Origin: an uncultured Gammaproteobacteria bacterium
Lineage (GTDB): Bacteria; Patescibacteriota; Microgenomatia; UBA10105; UBA927
Length of the DNA stretch: 64,000 nucleotides
NCBI GenBank assembly: GCA_964515005.1
Contig: CAZEVT010000001.1
Span: forward strand, 229,616-293,615
Direction of reading: 5' to 3'
Shown one piece after another: positions 37,546 through 47,544 of this stretch. Every line of letters starts with the position of its first letter. Within the stretch, counting starts at the first letter, position 1. Under the pieces are notes generated by a model. The model did not search any database, was not told the DNA's origin, and was given only the letters and a program-made list of their open reading frames with translations. A program made the position numbers and the translations under genes.

Positions 37546-38352
37546 CGCGCCGCCTTGAAAATTTGGACAGTTAGCCTCATACCAACTCATCGCTTCCGGC
37601 GAACATGCTTTCTTTTTGGTTTCGTCCATAATGGGCATGCAGTCTACGTATCCACTCGGCGGACAGGTATATATCATTGACGACTTCGGGCACATATCCG
37701 ACGTTTCGGGGATCATGCACCTAGGTGTAGCATCCAGACAGGCTGGACGAGGTATACAGGTAGGCGTGGGTATTTGATCTGTAAATTTAAACGTGGAGAG
37801 GATTTGAGTGAAAGCTTGTTCATTGTTTACAGAACCGGAGAATGCAAAAGTATTCCCTCCGTGATCAAGGTAGCTTAAACCTAATCCAACCTTATTAGTA
37901 TTAGGAATTGGGCTGATACAAGAGCGAATATTTTGGTCAGCAATCGTTAACGTTTTATCGTTTTCAGGTAGACATCCACCACCGCCAAATCCTGTTCCAC
38001 AGGTTATTCCAACCCACTCATCGTCTTTCGCGATTCTATATGCCTGGTAGATCTCTGAATCGGCATTTTTTGTAATAGTCCAACCTGTTGGTGGCATAAT
38101 ACTAAATCTGGTTTTAGGTTGGGCAGATCCACAAATGTCAAAGGTGTTTTGGGGAAGATTGTTCTCATTTGGAGTAGGTGATGGAATTGGTGTAGAAGTC
38201 AACGATGTAATTTGTTTGGTAAGCTGCATGTTTTGGTAGGCGAGGAAACCGGTGGATAGGAGTAAAAGTAACGAAAACAATGAAAGCAGGACGGGTAAGA
38301 GGGGAAAAGGCTTTGGCGGAGTTGGGGTCGGAGCCTCGGGTTGGGTATCCAT
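37540..38352 (-). CDS. Hypothetical single-TM surface protein with Cys-rich C-terminal modules
   Basis: TM, PTP linkers, PsbP-like ending (F.QILSTFKF), then CIPRPACLD..PRC and CP..GYVDCMP modules. Confidence 0.7.
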   Translation of the reverse strand: MDTQPEAPTPTPPKPFPLLPVLLSLFSLLLLLSTGFLAYQNMQLTKQITSLTSTPIPSPTPNENNLPQNTFDICGSAQPKTRFSIMPPTGWTITKNADSEIYQAYRIAKDDEWVGITCGTGFGGGGCLPENDKTLTIADQNIRSCISPIPNTNKVGLGLSYLDHGGNTFAFSGSVNNEQAFTQILSTFKFTDQIPTPTCIPRPACLDATPRCMIPETSDMCPKSSMIYTCPPSGYVDCMPIMDETKKKACSPEAMSWYEANCPNFQGGAL

Positions 38353-38364
38353 ACATTCAGTGTA

Positions 38365-39717
38365 TCACACCTCTACCCATCTTCCCGCGGCCTTTTTCAC
38401 TTTTTGCCAAAAGGAGTTCTGGCGGCAAAGACGCGCAACATCTTCTTTGTTTTTCAAGAGCAATTTGATGCTTTCTTCAAGCCACAGGTCGCCTTGGGAG
38501 CCCTTAAAAAGGATAAGGGATCGTTTCGGGATATCGGCGAGGGCCTCGTTGAACTCGATGATGGAGGGAAACCACTTTGCGTTTTTTACGACCGGCAGAA
38601 TGAACCGTTTTGTAAGCGGGCCGACGAGATACAGGGTATCCGGAATTTTGCCGATTGCGCGCGCGACGGCTTCGTGTTCAATCTGCGCCTCGTTGCCGAG
38701 CTCCAGCATGTCAGCCAGAACGACGATGGTGTGACGTTTCGTCTGTTTCTTGAGTAGGCGTATCATTTCCAAAAATGAAAGAACGGACGGTCTGGATGCG
38801 TTGTAGGATGAATCAATAATGACCGCGTTGTTGATGCCCTCAAACAAACTTTCGCGGCCTTTTGGGGGAGTAAAGTTTTTTTCTAAATTTTCCCGGATGA
38901 CCTCTAAGGGAATATTCAGCTTATACCCCACAAGAATAGCGGGCGCAAACACGTGACCTAGCTCTTGGGGGAAAGCGAAACCCTTAAATTGAAGAATAAC
39001 AGGCGTATTATCAAGCGTATACGAAAACGTAGTTTCTTTGGTGTTTACGGAGTAGCCAGTGATATGAATAGTTGAACCTTTTGTGTTGCCGAACGTAAAA
39101 TTTTTGGGCCCATGCAACTCTTTTGTAAGAAACCGGTTATCGCCGTTTATGATGCCAATCTCGCTGTGTTTGAGCATTTTGGCATCTTCGCGGGTGATGG
39201 CAAGAATAAGACTGTTGAGACGCTCGTGGTCTGACATGATGGCTCCGGGATCCAGTATTTTTTCAAACTGCATGGTGTGGGCCGCAGACTCTTCGGTGAT
39301 GATGCCGATTTGGGGCTTCACAATAGTCAAAAGATATTCCATGTTTTTGGGTGGGAAGGGGTCGTCGATGCCCATTTCGACGATGATATAGCGCATATTT
39401 CTCAAAAACCCGATGCGGAAGGGGGCCGAAAGAAGCATGCGGGCCCAATCAAATGGGGAGTAATCGGTCGGAAATAACCCGACCAAACCCAAGGGTACGC
39501 CGGTTTCTGAGTTGCCGCTTGCCATGTGGGTGGGGGCAATATCGCGGAGGACCGCAAAGATGGCTTCGCGAGTGCTGGTTTTGCCAACCGAGCCCGCTAC
39601 ACCGATAATCGTGGCACGGCTCTGTGCGATGGCCAGACGCGCAATCGCCCGCAAATACCAGAGGACAAACAAGACGAGAGCCTTTCGAAGCGCCCCATAT
39701 TGCATTTCTAACCTCAT
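38365..39717 (-). CDS. Mur ligase family protein (MurF-like)
   Basis: GVAGSVGKTST, VEMGID, IIDSSYNAS, LADMLELG and FKGSQ motifs; start MRLEMQ at 39717. Confidence 0.85.
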   Translation of the reverse strand: MRLEMQYGALRKALVLFVLWYLRAIARLAIAQSRATIIGVAGSVGKTSTREAIFAVLRDIAPTHMASGNSETGVPLGLVGLFPTDYSPFDWARMLLSAPFRIGFLRNMRYIIVEMGIDDPFPPKNMEYLLTIVKPQIGIITEESAAHTMQFEKILDPGAIMSDHERLNSLILAITREDAKMLKHSEIGIINGDNRFLTKELHGPKNFTFGNTKGSTIHITGYSVNTKETTFSYTLDNTPVILQFKGFAFPQELGHVFAPAILVGYKLNIPLEVIRENLEKNFTPPKGRESLFEGINNAVIIDSSYNASRPSVLSFLEMIRLLKKQTKRHTIVVLADMLELGNEAQIEHEAVARAIGKIPDTLYLVGPLTKRFILPVVKNAKWFPSIIEFNEALADIPKRSLILFKGSQGDLWLEESIKLLLKNKEDVARLCRQNSFWQKVKKAAGRWVEV

Positions 39718-39739
39718 GCGGTTATTATACAGGAAATTT

Positions 39740-40792
39740 ATGTATACTCCCAACTTCGCAATCACCAACAAGATTCTCAAATACACCGGTATTATTGAGT
39801 CGGCACGGGAAATTATTGAAAATGCGCCGCTTGTGCCCGCGTGGGAAGCAAAATTCCGTGAGGAGGCGCTCATCCGCACGGTGCACCACGGGACGCATAT
39901 TGAAGGAAACGAGCTGAATTTAGGTGAGGCGGAAAAAGTACTAGCTGGTGCCAAGATTGTCGGACGTGAACGCGATATTCAGGAGGTCCTCAATTACCGG
40001 AATGTCCTTCAGTTTATCGAATCGTACGACAACAATGAGATTACCTCCGACACCCTCAAACATGTCCATTCATTAACCGTGCACCGGATGCTTGACGACG
40101 CGCAAGTGGGGGAATATCGAAAGACCCAGGTTGTGGTCAAAAATAGTCAAACCGGAGAAATTACGTTCCGTCCGCCTCCCGCAGTCGAAATCTCTTTCTT
40201 ATTGGATGCATTTTTGCGTTGGCTCAATAGCGTAGGGGGAGACGAGTTACATCCGGTCCTCAAGGCCGGTATCGCCCACTATGAACTCGTACGCATCCAT
40301 CCGTTTTTGGACGGCAACGGCCGGGTTGCGCGGGCCGCGGCCACCCTTGTTCTTTTTAAACAGGGGTATGACATCAAGCGGTTCTTCTCGCTGGAGGAAT
40401 ACTACGACCGCGAGCCTTTGGCCTACTACGAAGCGCTTCAGAGTGTAGCACGCGGCGGCGGCAACATGAACGCGTGGCTTGAATATTTCACCGAGGGGCT
40501 GGCAATCGAGCTTGCCCGCATCAAGGAAAAGGTTAAGTCGCTCTCGACCGACCTCAAAATCAAAAAATCTATGGGCGGCCAGCAGCTTGCGCTTTCTGAG
40601 CGGCAGATTAAAATCGTCGAGTTTATCCAGGAGAATGGTTTTTTGCAGAACAAAGCGTTTTTTGAACTGTTCCCTATGATTTCTGAAGATACGGTCCTTC
40701 GGGAGATTAAAGACCTTGTCCACAAGGGCATCATCAAAAAAGAAGGCTCCACCAAGGGGGTCAAGTACGTCCTCAAAACCGGCGGAGAATAA
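39740..40792 (+). CDS. Fic family protein (class II, N-terminal inhibitory motif) with C-terminal wHTH
   Basis: GTHIEGN inhibitory-type motif, HPFLDGNGRVAR and a C-terminal HTH. Confidence 0.92.
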   Translation: MYTPNFAITNKILKYTGIIESAREIIENAPLVPAWEAKFREEALIRTVHHGTHIEGNELNLGEAEKVLAGAKIVGRERDIQEVLNYRNVLQFIESYDNNEITSDTLKHVHSLTVHRMLDDAQVGEYRKTQVVVKNSQTGEITFRPPPAVEISFLLDAFLRWLNSVGGDELHPVLKAGIAHYELVRIHPFLDGNGRVARAAATLVLFKQGYDIKRFFSLEEYYDREPLAYYEALQSVARGGGNMNAWLEYFTEGLAIELARIKEKVKSLSTDLKIKKSMGGQQLALSERQIKIVEFIQENGFLQNKAFFELFPMISEDTVLREIKDLVHKGIIKKEGSTKGVKYVLKTGGE

Positions 40793-40837
40793 GGCGAGGT
40801 GATTGATTTCCGAGAAGAATTGATGGATTATTAGAGT

Positions 40838-41023
40838 ATGGATTTCTCCGGACCCGGTGTCACCTACGCGTTTATGATTGTTCCTTCGCTTATTGCCCTG
40901 GTTGTGGTCATTCAGGGGATAGAAAAGCTCACGCACCGTGATCCCGAAGGGGGAGTGGCGATCGGATTTGGAATATTGTTTCTTGTCCTTATCGTTCTTG
41001 CCTATTACCTATACATCAAATGA
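40838..41023 (+). CDS. Small two-TM membrane protein
   Basis: 61 aa with two hydrophobic helices; ATGA overlap with the ligase. Confidence 0.6.
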   Translation: MDFSGPGVTYAFMIVPSLIALVVVIQGIEKLTHRDPEGGVAIGFGILFLVLIVLAYYLYIK

Positions 41024-42723
41024 CATTCTCCGAGCTTGCCAAATACTTCCAAAGACTGGAAGAGACGGCATCACGAAATACGATGACGGAGATCCTTGCC
41101 GACCTTTTCCGCAAGGCGAAACCTCAAGAGATCGGTGAGATCTGCTATCTTTTACAGGGTCGTACGGTTCCCCTGTATGAAGCCGTTGAGTTTGGTATCG
41201 CAGATAAATTCATGATCCGGGCAATTGCTCTTGCGTATCATGCTCCGGAAAGAGAGGCGCAAAAAGCATTTAAAAAGCTCGGTGATCTGGGATCTGCCGC
41301 CCAGTCTCTTCATCGCGGCGGGGGCACCATGCGCGTATCGGACGTATTTGCGAAGCTTGACGCACTCTCGCGAGTGGGGGGACAAGGCTCCCAGGAGAAA
41401 AAAATTGCACTTCTTGCCGATCTTCTGAAGGGCGTTGACGGACTGTCTGCCCGGTACCTTGCACGTATTCCTTTGGATAAGCTTCGGTTGGGATTTTCGG
41501 ATATGACGATTCTCGATGCGCTCTCCTTTATGGAAGCAGGAAATAAGTCGCTCCGCCCGCGGCTTGAGGAAGTATATAACGTGCGGCCGGATATTGGACT
41601 TTTGGCCCAGACGGTTAAATCTGAGGGAGTGAAGGGGCTGGTACGGGTGAAGGCAAAAGTTGGGGCGCCTATTCTTGCCGCCCTGTGCTCCCGGCTCCCC
41701 AATGCCGATGAGATGATTAAAAAAATGGGAGAAGTAGCCGTGGAACCCAAATATGACGGGGTGCGGGTTCAAATTCACGTAACGAGAAACGAAGTAAAAA
41801 CGTTTTCACGGAATTTAGAAAACACGACCGACATGTTTCCGGAGCTTTCAGAAATTAGAAAACAACTGAATGCCTATGAAGTGATCCTCGATAGCGAGGC
41901 GGTGGGTGAAGATCCCAAGACCGGCAGACTTTTTTCTTTCCAAGAAACCATGACCCGGAAGCGGAAACATGAAATTACCGCCGCACTGGCGTCAGTGCCT
42001 TTGAAGTTTTTCGTTTTCGACATCCTCTACCGCGACGGACAGGATTTACTCAGTAATCCACTTTCGGAACGTCGCAGTCAGCTTGAAAAGACTGTTCAAA
42101 AAGGAAATATGCTCGTGATTTCTCCGCAGATGGTGACGAAAGATGCGGGGGAGATCCGTGAGTTTCATGATGCCCAAATCAAGAAGGGATTGGAGGGGGC
42201 GGTCGTCAAAAAATGGCATAGTCCATACGAACCGGGTCGGAAGGACTTTAGTTGGGTGAAGTTTAAGGAAGAAGAAGGGAAAACCGGCAAGCTGACCGAT
42301 ACGATCGACGCCGTCGTCATGGGATACTACCGGGGAGAAGGAAAACGCAGTAGCTTTGGAATCGGGGCATTCCTCGTAGGGGTCGCCCGCGGAGACGGAT
42401 TTGTGACCGTGACCAAAATCGGGACCGGCGTGTCTGACGCGCTATGGAAGGAGCTACGGAATAGGCTTAATGACATTAAGGTGAGCAAACAACCGAAGGA
42501 ATATAGAGACGTGAATACCATGTTTGTCCCTGATGTGTGGGTTGCGCCCAAAATCGTCGTTGAAATAGCAGGCGATGATCTCACGAAATCTCCGACACAC
42601 GGGGCCCAGTACGCTGTCCGGTTCCCGAGGTTGGTACGCATCCGAGATGACAAGTCTCCCGGCCAGGTAACAACGGTTACGGAAATAGCCACTATGTACC
42701 GCCAGCAGGGGTCGCAGAAATAA
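41020..42723 (+). CDS. lig: ATP-dependent DNA ligase (archaeal/eukaryal-type with DNA-binding domain)
   Basis: EPKYDGVRVQIH, LDSE, FVFDIL, EGAVVK, WVKFK and VRFPRL..IRDDK motifs. Confidence 0.95.
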   Translation: MTFSELAKYFQRLEETASRNTMTEILADLFRKAKPQEIGEICYLLQGRTVPLYEAVEFGIADKFMIRAIALAYHAPEREAQKAFKKLGDLGSAAQSLHRGGGTMRVSDVFAKLDALSRVGGQGSQEKKIALLADLLKGVDGLSARYLARIPLDKLRLGFSDMTILDALSFMEAGNKSLRPRLEEVYNVRPDIGLLAQTVKSEGVKGLVRVKAKVGAPILAALCSRLPNADEMIKKMGEVAVEPKYDGVRVQIHVTRNEVKTFSRNLENTTDMFPELSEIRKQLNAYEVILDSEAVGEDPKTGRLFSFQETMTRKRKHEITAALASVPLKFFVFDILYRDGQDLLSNPLSERRSQLEKTVQKGNMLVISPQMVTKDAGEIREFHDAQIKKGLEGAVVKKWHSPYEPGRKDFSWVKFKEEEGKTGKLTDTIDAVVMGYYRGEGKRSSFGIGAFLVGVARGDGFVTVTKIGTGVSDALWKELRNRLNDIKVSKQPKEYRDVNTMFVPDVWVAPKIVVEIAGDDLTKSPTHGAQYAVRFPRLVRIRDDKSPGQVTTVTEIATMYRQQGSQK

Positions 42724-42750
42724 GGCCGATAGAGTATAATAGAGAGCATC

Positions 42751-43560
42751 ATGGCCGCTCGTTTCTCGGTTATCATTCCTACCTTAAACGAAGAAAAATT
42801 TTTGCCGCACCTTCTTGATTCTCTTGCCCGCCAAACAAAAAAAGACTTTGAAGTTATTGTGGTGGACGGTTCAAGTAAAGACAAAACGGTCGCGGTAGCA
42901 AAATCCTTCACAAGAAAACTTCCAAAGCTTCGGATTATTGTCAGTAAAACAGCAAGCTTGCCGCTCCAGCGCAACCTCGGGGAGAAAGAAGCAAAAGGGA
43001 AGTGGCTTATTTTTGTCGATGCGGACGGTATTTTTTTGCCCTACGCCATGGAGCGAATTATCGACTACATTCACGAGGCAAACCCGAAGATATTTAGCAC
43101 GTGGGCCAAATCTGATTCGTCACTCGTCAACGATGCCATTGTAACGCTTCTTGGAAACATCTACTGGGAGAGTACCGTGCTTCTGAAACGCCCGGTTGCT
43201 CCCGGGCCTTTGACTATCGTAAGAAAAGATGTGTTTGAATCGATCGGCGGATATGACGAATCCCACCAGTACAATGAAGACGTCGATTTGGGTTTGCGGT
43301 TGAGTGAGCGGGGAGTCATGCTGCAAATACTCAGGGAGACGCTCTACGTTTGGTCCATGCGGCGAATTCGGCGCGAGGGGAAGATGAAACAAATAAGTCA
43401 GTATATACTCGCACTATTGCCAGTTTTACTGTTCAGACGACCCCTCAAACACATGCCCGGGTATATCATGGGCGGACAGTTGTACGGGAAAAAACAGCAG
43501 ACAGTTCTCAAAAAATACGAGAAAAAGTTTCGGATACTCCTTAAAGAATTATTTGAGTAA
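42751..43560 (+). CDS. Glycosyltransferase family 2
   Basis: SVIIPTLNEE, VVDGSSKD, QRNLG, FVDAD and GGYDE...EDVD motifs. Confidence 0.92.
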   Translation: MAARFSVIIPTLNEEKFLPHLLDSLARQTKKDFEVIVVDGSSKDKTVAVAKSFTRKLPKLRIIVSKTASLPLQRNLGEKEAKGKWLIFVDADGIFLPYAMERIIDYIHEANPKIFSTWAKSDSSLVNDAIVTLLGNIYWESTVLLKRPVAPGPLTIVRKDVFESIGGYDESHQYNEDVDLGLRLSERGVMLQILRETLYVWSMRRIRREGKMKQISQYILALLPVLLFRRPLKHMPGYIMGGQLYGKKQQTVLKKYEKKFRILLKELFE

Positions 43561-43641
43561 TACGAAAAAGTTATTTGAGTAACGCAGTATAAATTTTCAG
43601 CTTCGCTGAATCTTTGAAGCTGCGCTATAATGGGGCAAGCT

Positions 43642-44952
43642 ATGCAGGTTATTGCGGATCTTCAGCTTCATTCCAAATATTCTCGGGCGGTGTCTCCCCA
43701 GATGGTATTGCCACAAATTTGCGCATGGACCAAGCGTAAAGGCATGGGACTGGTTGCCACCGGTGACTGGACACACCCCCTGTGGTTTCGGGAAATACAG
43801 GCGAACCTGGAAGAGACAGGGACCGGTTTATTAAAACTCAAAAATGCCGCGCCTGACGATCCGCTCTTTTTACTTGCCACGGAAGTTTCCTGCATTTATT
43901 CCCAAGGGGGGCACGGCAGGCGCGTCCATACCCTTATCTGGGTTCCCAGCATAGAATCGGCAGGCAAAATTAACAAGGAAATGACCAAGCGGGGCTGTAA
44001 CCTCTTAAGCGACGGCCGGCCGATTATCGGGCTCACTTCCATACACGTTGCGGAACTCGTCTTTACCATTGAGCCCAAAGCCCTCATCATTCCGGCGCAT
44101 GCCTGGACACCCTGGTTTTCGGTATTTGGCAGTATGAGTGGATTTGACAGTCTTGAGGAAGCATTTGGACCATATGCTAAACATATATATGCAGTCGAGA
44201 CTGGGTTATCGAGTAATCCGGCCATGAACTGGAGGATCAAGGAGCTTGATAATCGTTCGATTGTCTCGTTTTCTGACGCCCATTCAGGACCCAAGTTAGG
44301 GCGGGAAGCGACGGTGTTTGATTTGACCGACTTAAGCTACGACTCAATTTATAAGGCGATCAAGCAGGACGGGCCTTCAAAAATAGCCCATACCATCGAA
44401 TTTTACCCAGAAGAGGGGAAGTACCACTGGTCCGGACACCGCGCCTGCAACATTCGGTGGGGACCCAAGGAAACCGAAAAAAATGGCACGACCTGTCCGG
44501 TCTGCGGAAAGCCCCTCACACAGGGAGTAGAACAGCGCGTCGCCGAGCTTGCGGGAAGAAGCGAGGAGGAGCTTGGGATTACCAAGACAAAAACGGGGAT
44601 GACAACGAGCAAGCTGTTTCCGAAGCGTCCGCCGTTTGTGAGCTTAGTCCCTTTGCAGGAAATAATATCCGAAAGCATAGGATCGCCGGTTGCTTCGCCC
44701 AAAGTTCAGACTCCGTACCTTCAGCTTACCGATGCGTTGGGAGGAGAATTCAATATTCTTCTGTCTGTTAAACATGCTGAGATTGCCAAGATTGCCGGAG
44801 AGCGTATAGCGGTTGGGATAGACAAAGTACGTTCTGGGGATATTGTGATTGACCCGGGCTATGATGGAATCTTTGGCGTGGTGAAGCTTTGGCGCGAAGG
44901 AGAGGAAAAACCGCTGATTGATGCCTCAAAGGAGCAACTGTCGATATTTTGA
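43642..44952 (+). CDS. Endonuclease Q-like PHP domain protein with Zn ribbon
   Basis: DLQLHSKYSRA, TGDWTHP, IPAHAWTPW, SDAHS, GKYH..GHR.C, CPVCGK and PGYDGIFG motifs. Confidence 0.88.
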   Translation: MQVIADLQLHSKYSRAVSPQMVLPQICAWTKRKGMGLVATGDWTHPLWFREIQANLEETGTGLLKLKNAAPDDPLFLLATEVSCIYSQGGHGRRVHTLIWVPSIESAGKINKEMTKRGCNLLSDGRPIIGLTSIHVAELVFTIEPKALIIPAHAWTPWFSVFGSMSGFDSLEEAFGPYAKHIYAVETGLSSNPAMNWRIKELDNRSIVSFSDAHSGPKLGREATVFDLTDLSYDSIYKAIKQDGPSKIAHTIEFYPEEGKYHWSGHRACNIRWGPKETEKNGTTCPVCGKPLTQGVEQRVAELAGRSEEELGITKTKTGMTTSKLFPKRPPFVSLVPLQEIISESIGSPVASPKVQTPYLQLTDALGGEFNILLSVKHAEIAKIAGERIAVGIDKVRSGDIVIDPGYDGIFGVVKLWREGEEKPLIDASKEQLSIF

Positions 44953-45031
44953 CCCGCTGCCTGCGGGATTCCCCATTGACGAAGCAAGATGTATTCCAGT
45001 ATGGTGGATGAAGAGAGGGGAGGTGATACGA

Positions 45032-45358
45032 ATGGCAGCAAAAGGAAATGAAAATTTATTGGCAGCCGCATCCTACTTATTAGGATTTGTTACCGGTATT
45101 GTCATACTTCTTGTCGAAAAAGAAAGTAAATTTGTCCGCTTTCACGCGATGCAGTCGACGATACTGTTCGGCGGCATATTCGTCATAAATATCGCCCTCG
45201 GATTTATCCCCATATTGGGGTGGTTTACGGGACTGATTCTTTCATTTGTCGCATTTATCCTCTGGATTGTTCTTATGTGGAAATCCTTCCAGGGAGAAAT
45301 GTACAAAGTCCCCTACGTGGGTGAGTTGGCAGAGAAGCAGTTGGCGAAAATGAAGTAA
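45032..45358 (+). CDS. DUF4870-like small membrane protein
   Basis: FVRFHAMQS and GEMYKVPYVG motifs; strong SD GGAGGTGA. Confidence 0.8.
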   Translation: MAAKGNENLLAAASYLLGFVTGIVILLVEKESKFVRFHAMQSTILFGGIFVINIALGFIPILGWFTGLILSFVAFILWIVLMWKSFQGEMYKVPYVGELAEKQLAKMK

Positions 45359-45433
45359 TGGATGGAGTAACTGACGAAACGCGCGCGAGTACCCTCGCGC
45401 TTGTTTCGCTGATTGGTGATTGGGTAGACTTCC

Positions 45434-45931
45434 ATGTTCAATGATCGCGCGCATGCAGCTTCGCTTCTTGCCCAAAAACTTCTTCCTTATCGGGGAAAGA
45501 TAGACCTTATCCTTGGGCTTGCGCGTGGCGGCGTTGTCGTTTCCCGCGAGCTTTCGCGCACGCTTGGCATTCCCCACAACGCGCTGGTCGTCAAAAAGAT
45601 CGGTAGCCCGGGCAATCCGGAGCTTGCCATTGGGGCCGTGGTGCCCGAGGGACAGCCAATTGACGTTCGGGATAAAGCGGTTATGGTAACAGACGACGGG
45701 GCGGCAACCGGGGCAACCATGGTAGCCGCAATCTCGTGGGTCAAAAGCCACGAGGCAAGAAAAATTGTCGTTGCTTTGCCCGTCGCGCCTCCGGAGGTGG
45801 CGGTTACACTCCATACGCTCGCAGATGACGTTGTTGTGCTCGCAACCCCCGCGGATTTCGGCGCAGTAGGACAGTATTACAAAAACTTTCCGCAGCTTTC
45901 GGACAAAGAAGTGGTAACATTACTTGTATGA
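45434..45931 (+). CDS. Phosphoribosyltransferase family protein
   Basis: F.DR.HAA, GLARGGV, KKIG.PGNPELAIGA and VTDDGAATGAT motifs. Confidence 0.88.
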   Translation: MFNDRAHAASLLAQKLLPYRGKIDLILGLARGGVVVSRELSRTLGIPHNALVVKKIGSPGNPELAIGAVVPEGQPIDVRDKAVMVTDDGAATGATMVAAISWVKSHEARKIVVALPVAPPEVAVTLHTLADDVVVLATPADFGAVGQYYKNFPQLSDKEVVTLLV

Positions 45932-46521
45932 AATTTATTGTCGGTCTTGGCAATCCCGGGGCAGAGTATCAAGATACCCGCCATAACATCGGGTTTATGG
46001 TTTTAGATAAACTCCAAAAAGAACTCGTGCAGGGGGTGCCCTCTCCGTGGCAAAAGGATGAGAAGAAGAACGTTCTGACGGCAAAAATCGGCGACTTGAT
46101 CCTCGTCAAACCGCAAACATTTATGAATAAATCCGGGTTTGCCGTGCGGGCCTTATTAGATTTTTATAAACTGACGCCAGAGAACATCTGGGTAATTCAT
46201 GACGACATTGACCTTCCTTTGGGGAAAATTAAAATCCGGGAAAAAGGCGGAAGTGCCGGCCACAACGGCGTTATTTCCATCATCGAACAAGTGGGCACCG
46301 ATGCGTTTGTCCGGTTTCGCCTGGGAATAGGACGGGGAGTAGATACGCCCAAGAAGGGGGAAAACAGAAATCTTCACCACCGTTCGGTCATTTCATTTGT
46401 TTTGTCGCGGTTCCGGCAAAGTGAGGCAGGGGAGCTCAAACACCTCGTAAAACACGGCACAGAGGCCGTACAGATGGCGCTAGACAAGGGGATAGACAAA
46501 GCCATGAATCGTTTTAACTAG
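45928..46521 (+). CDS. pth: Peptidyl-tRNA hydrolase
   Basis: VGLGNPG..Y..TRHNIGF, KPQTFMNKSG, HDDIDL and GHNG motifs. Confidence 0.96.
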   Translation: MKFIVGLGNPGAEYQDTRHNIGFMVLDKLQKELVQGVPSPWQKDEKKNVLTAKIGDLILVKPQTFMNKSGFAVRALLDFYKLTPENIWVIHDDIDLPLGKIKIREKGGSAGHNGVISIIEQVGTDAFVRFRLGIGRGVDTPKKGENRNLHHRSVISFVLSRFRQSEAGELKHLVKHGTEAVQMALDKGIDKAMNRFN

Positions 46522-46523
46522 GT

Positions 46524-46802
46524 ATGACCGATCAAACCGCGATCCCAACCATCGGAGATATCCTCAAGAAATTTAATCCCATGGAGGACAAATATATTTC
46601 CCGGGAGTTTCAGTCGTATGGCATATATCTATCGGAAACGCTTGATGATTATAAACATAAGGCGCTTTATATACGGCTTGCCAAAACGGTCCCGCGGGCA
46701 ATTTTGGAAAAAGCATTAACCTTCGTCAAAGATGCAAATGCAAAGAGCCGCGCCCGCCTCTTTATGTGGAAAATGAAAAAGCTTCGGGAAGGAACGGAGT
46801 GA
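46524..46802 (+). CDS. Small hypothetical protein
   Basis: 92 aa, tightly coupled in an operon (ISREFQSYG..., LFMWK). Confidence 0.65.
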   Translation: MTDQTAIPTIGDILKKFNPMEDKYISREFQSYGIYLSETLDDYKHKALYIRLAKTVPRAILEKALTFVKDANAKSRARLFMWKMKKLREGTE

Positions 46803-47071
46803 AACGTATCCGTTGTATTGTTTCGGGCGACGTGGTCGGGGTAGGGTATAGAGCGTGGGCCCGGCGTCAGGCGAAAGGCCTGGAGCTCGTCGGCTGGGTA
46901 AAAAATAGGGAAGACAAGACGGTCGAGCTTGTCGCCGAAGGCACGCGCGAGTCGCTTGAGGAGTTTATTGCTCTTTGCAGGCGAGGCCCGGATGTTGCGT
47001 GGGTCAAACACGTTGATGTGTCTTGGCAAAAAGCAACAGGTGAGTTTGTGGGATTTGAGGTGGTATACTAG
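46799..47071 (+). CDS. acyP: Acylphosphatase
   Basis: VSGDVVGVGYR, GWVKNRED..VE..AEG and GP motifs; GTG start overlaps the upstream stop. Confidence 0.9.
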   Translation: MKRIRCIVSGDVVGVGYRAWARRQAKGLELVGWVKNREDKTVELVAEGTRESLEEFIALCRRGPDVAWVKHVDVSWQKATGEFVGFEVVY

Positions 47072-47076
47072 AGTGG

Positions 47077-47544
47077 ATGGACAAAGTTCTTGCGATTATC
47101 AAACGAAAGCCCCCCTTGTTTCTTTTTGTTTCCCTCGGATACCTCGTCCTCATAGGTCTTATCAAATGGCAGATTCATCCGCCGATCGGGGCATTATGGT
47201 TTCTTTTGGGAGGCGCAATCGGGGTGTATTTACTGGACGGGGCGGAAGTCTTTTTTGCCCTCGCACCTTCTCCCTTTCGCAGTATCGTTTTTGTCAGCGC
47301 ATTTACCCTTGTTTCTCTGTTTGTTCTGACTTCTTCCGGGAGCTTGTTGGCGCAGGGCCTGGTGTTTTCTTTGTACCTGACGCTTATTCTCTGGCAAGCG
47401 GGTCAGTGGCAGCAGACGGGAAATCTCAATGAGTGGTACCGGATGGTCGCAGTACCCGTATCGACGACCGCCCAGCGGTGGGGACTTATCCTATTTGCGT
47501 CGGTCTTTTTTGTAGAAACGTTTTTGTTCCTTGCATGGGCATGA
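47077..47544 (+). CDS. Hypothetical polytopic membrane protein
   Basis: Several TM segments; -10 box just upstream. Confidence 0.65.
   Translation: MDKVLAIIKRKPPLFLFVSLGYLVLIGLIKWQIHPPIGALWFLLGGAIGVYLLDGAEVFFALAPSPFRSIVFVSAFTLVSLFVLTSSGSLLAQGLVFSLYLTLILWQAGQWQQTGNLNEWYRMVAVPVSTTAQRWGLILFASVFFVETFLFLAWA

Noticed and set aside
39718-39954. Long overlapping N-terminal extensions of the murF-like and fic ORFs
   Set aside because: Family motifs and -10 boxes support starts at 39717(-) and 39740(+) with no overlap
43549-43582. Direct repeat TTATTTGAGTAA, two copies, at the GT2 stop
   Set aside because: Only two copies with a 10-bp gap; a local duplication, not CRISPR and not a target-site duplication around an element
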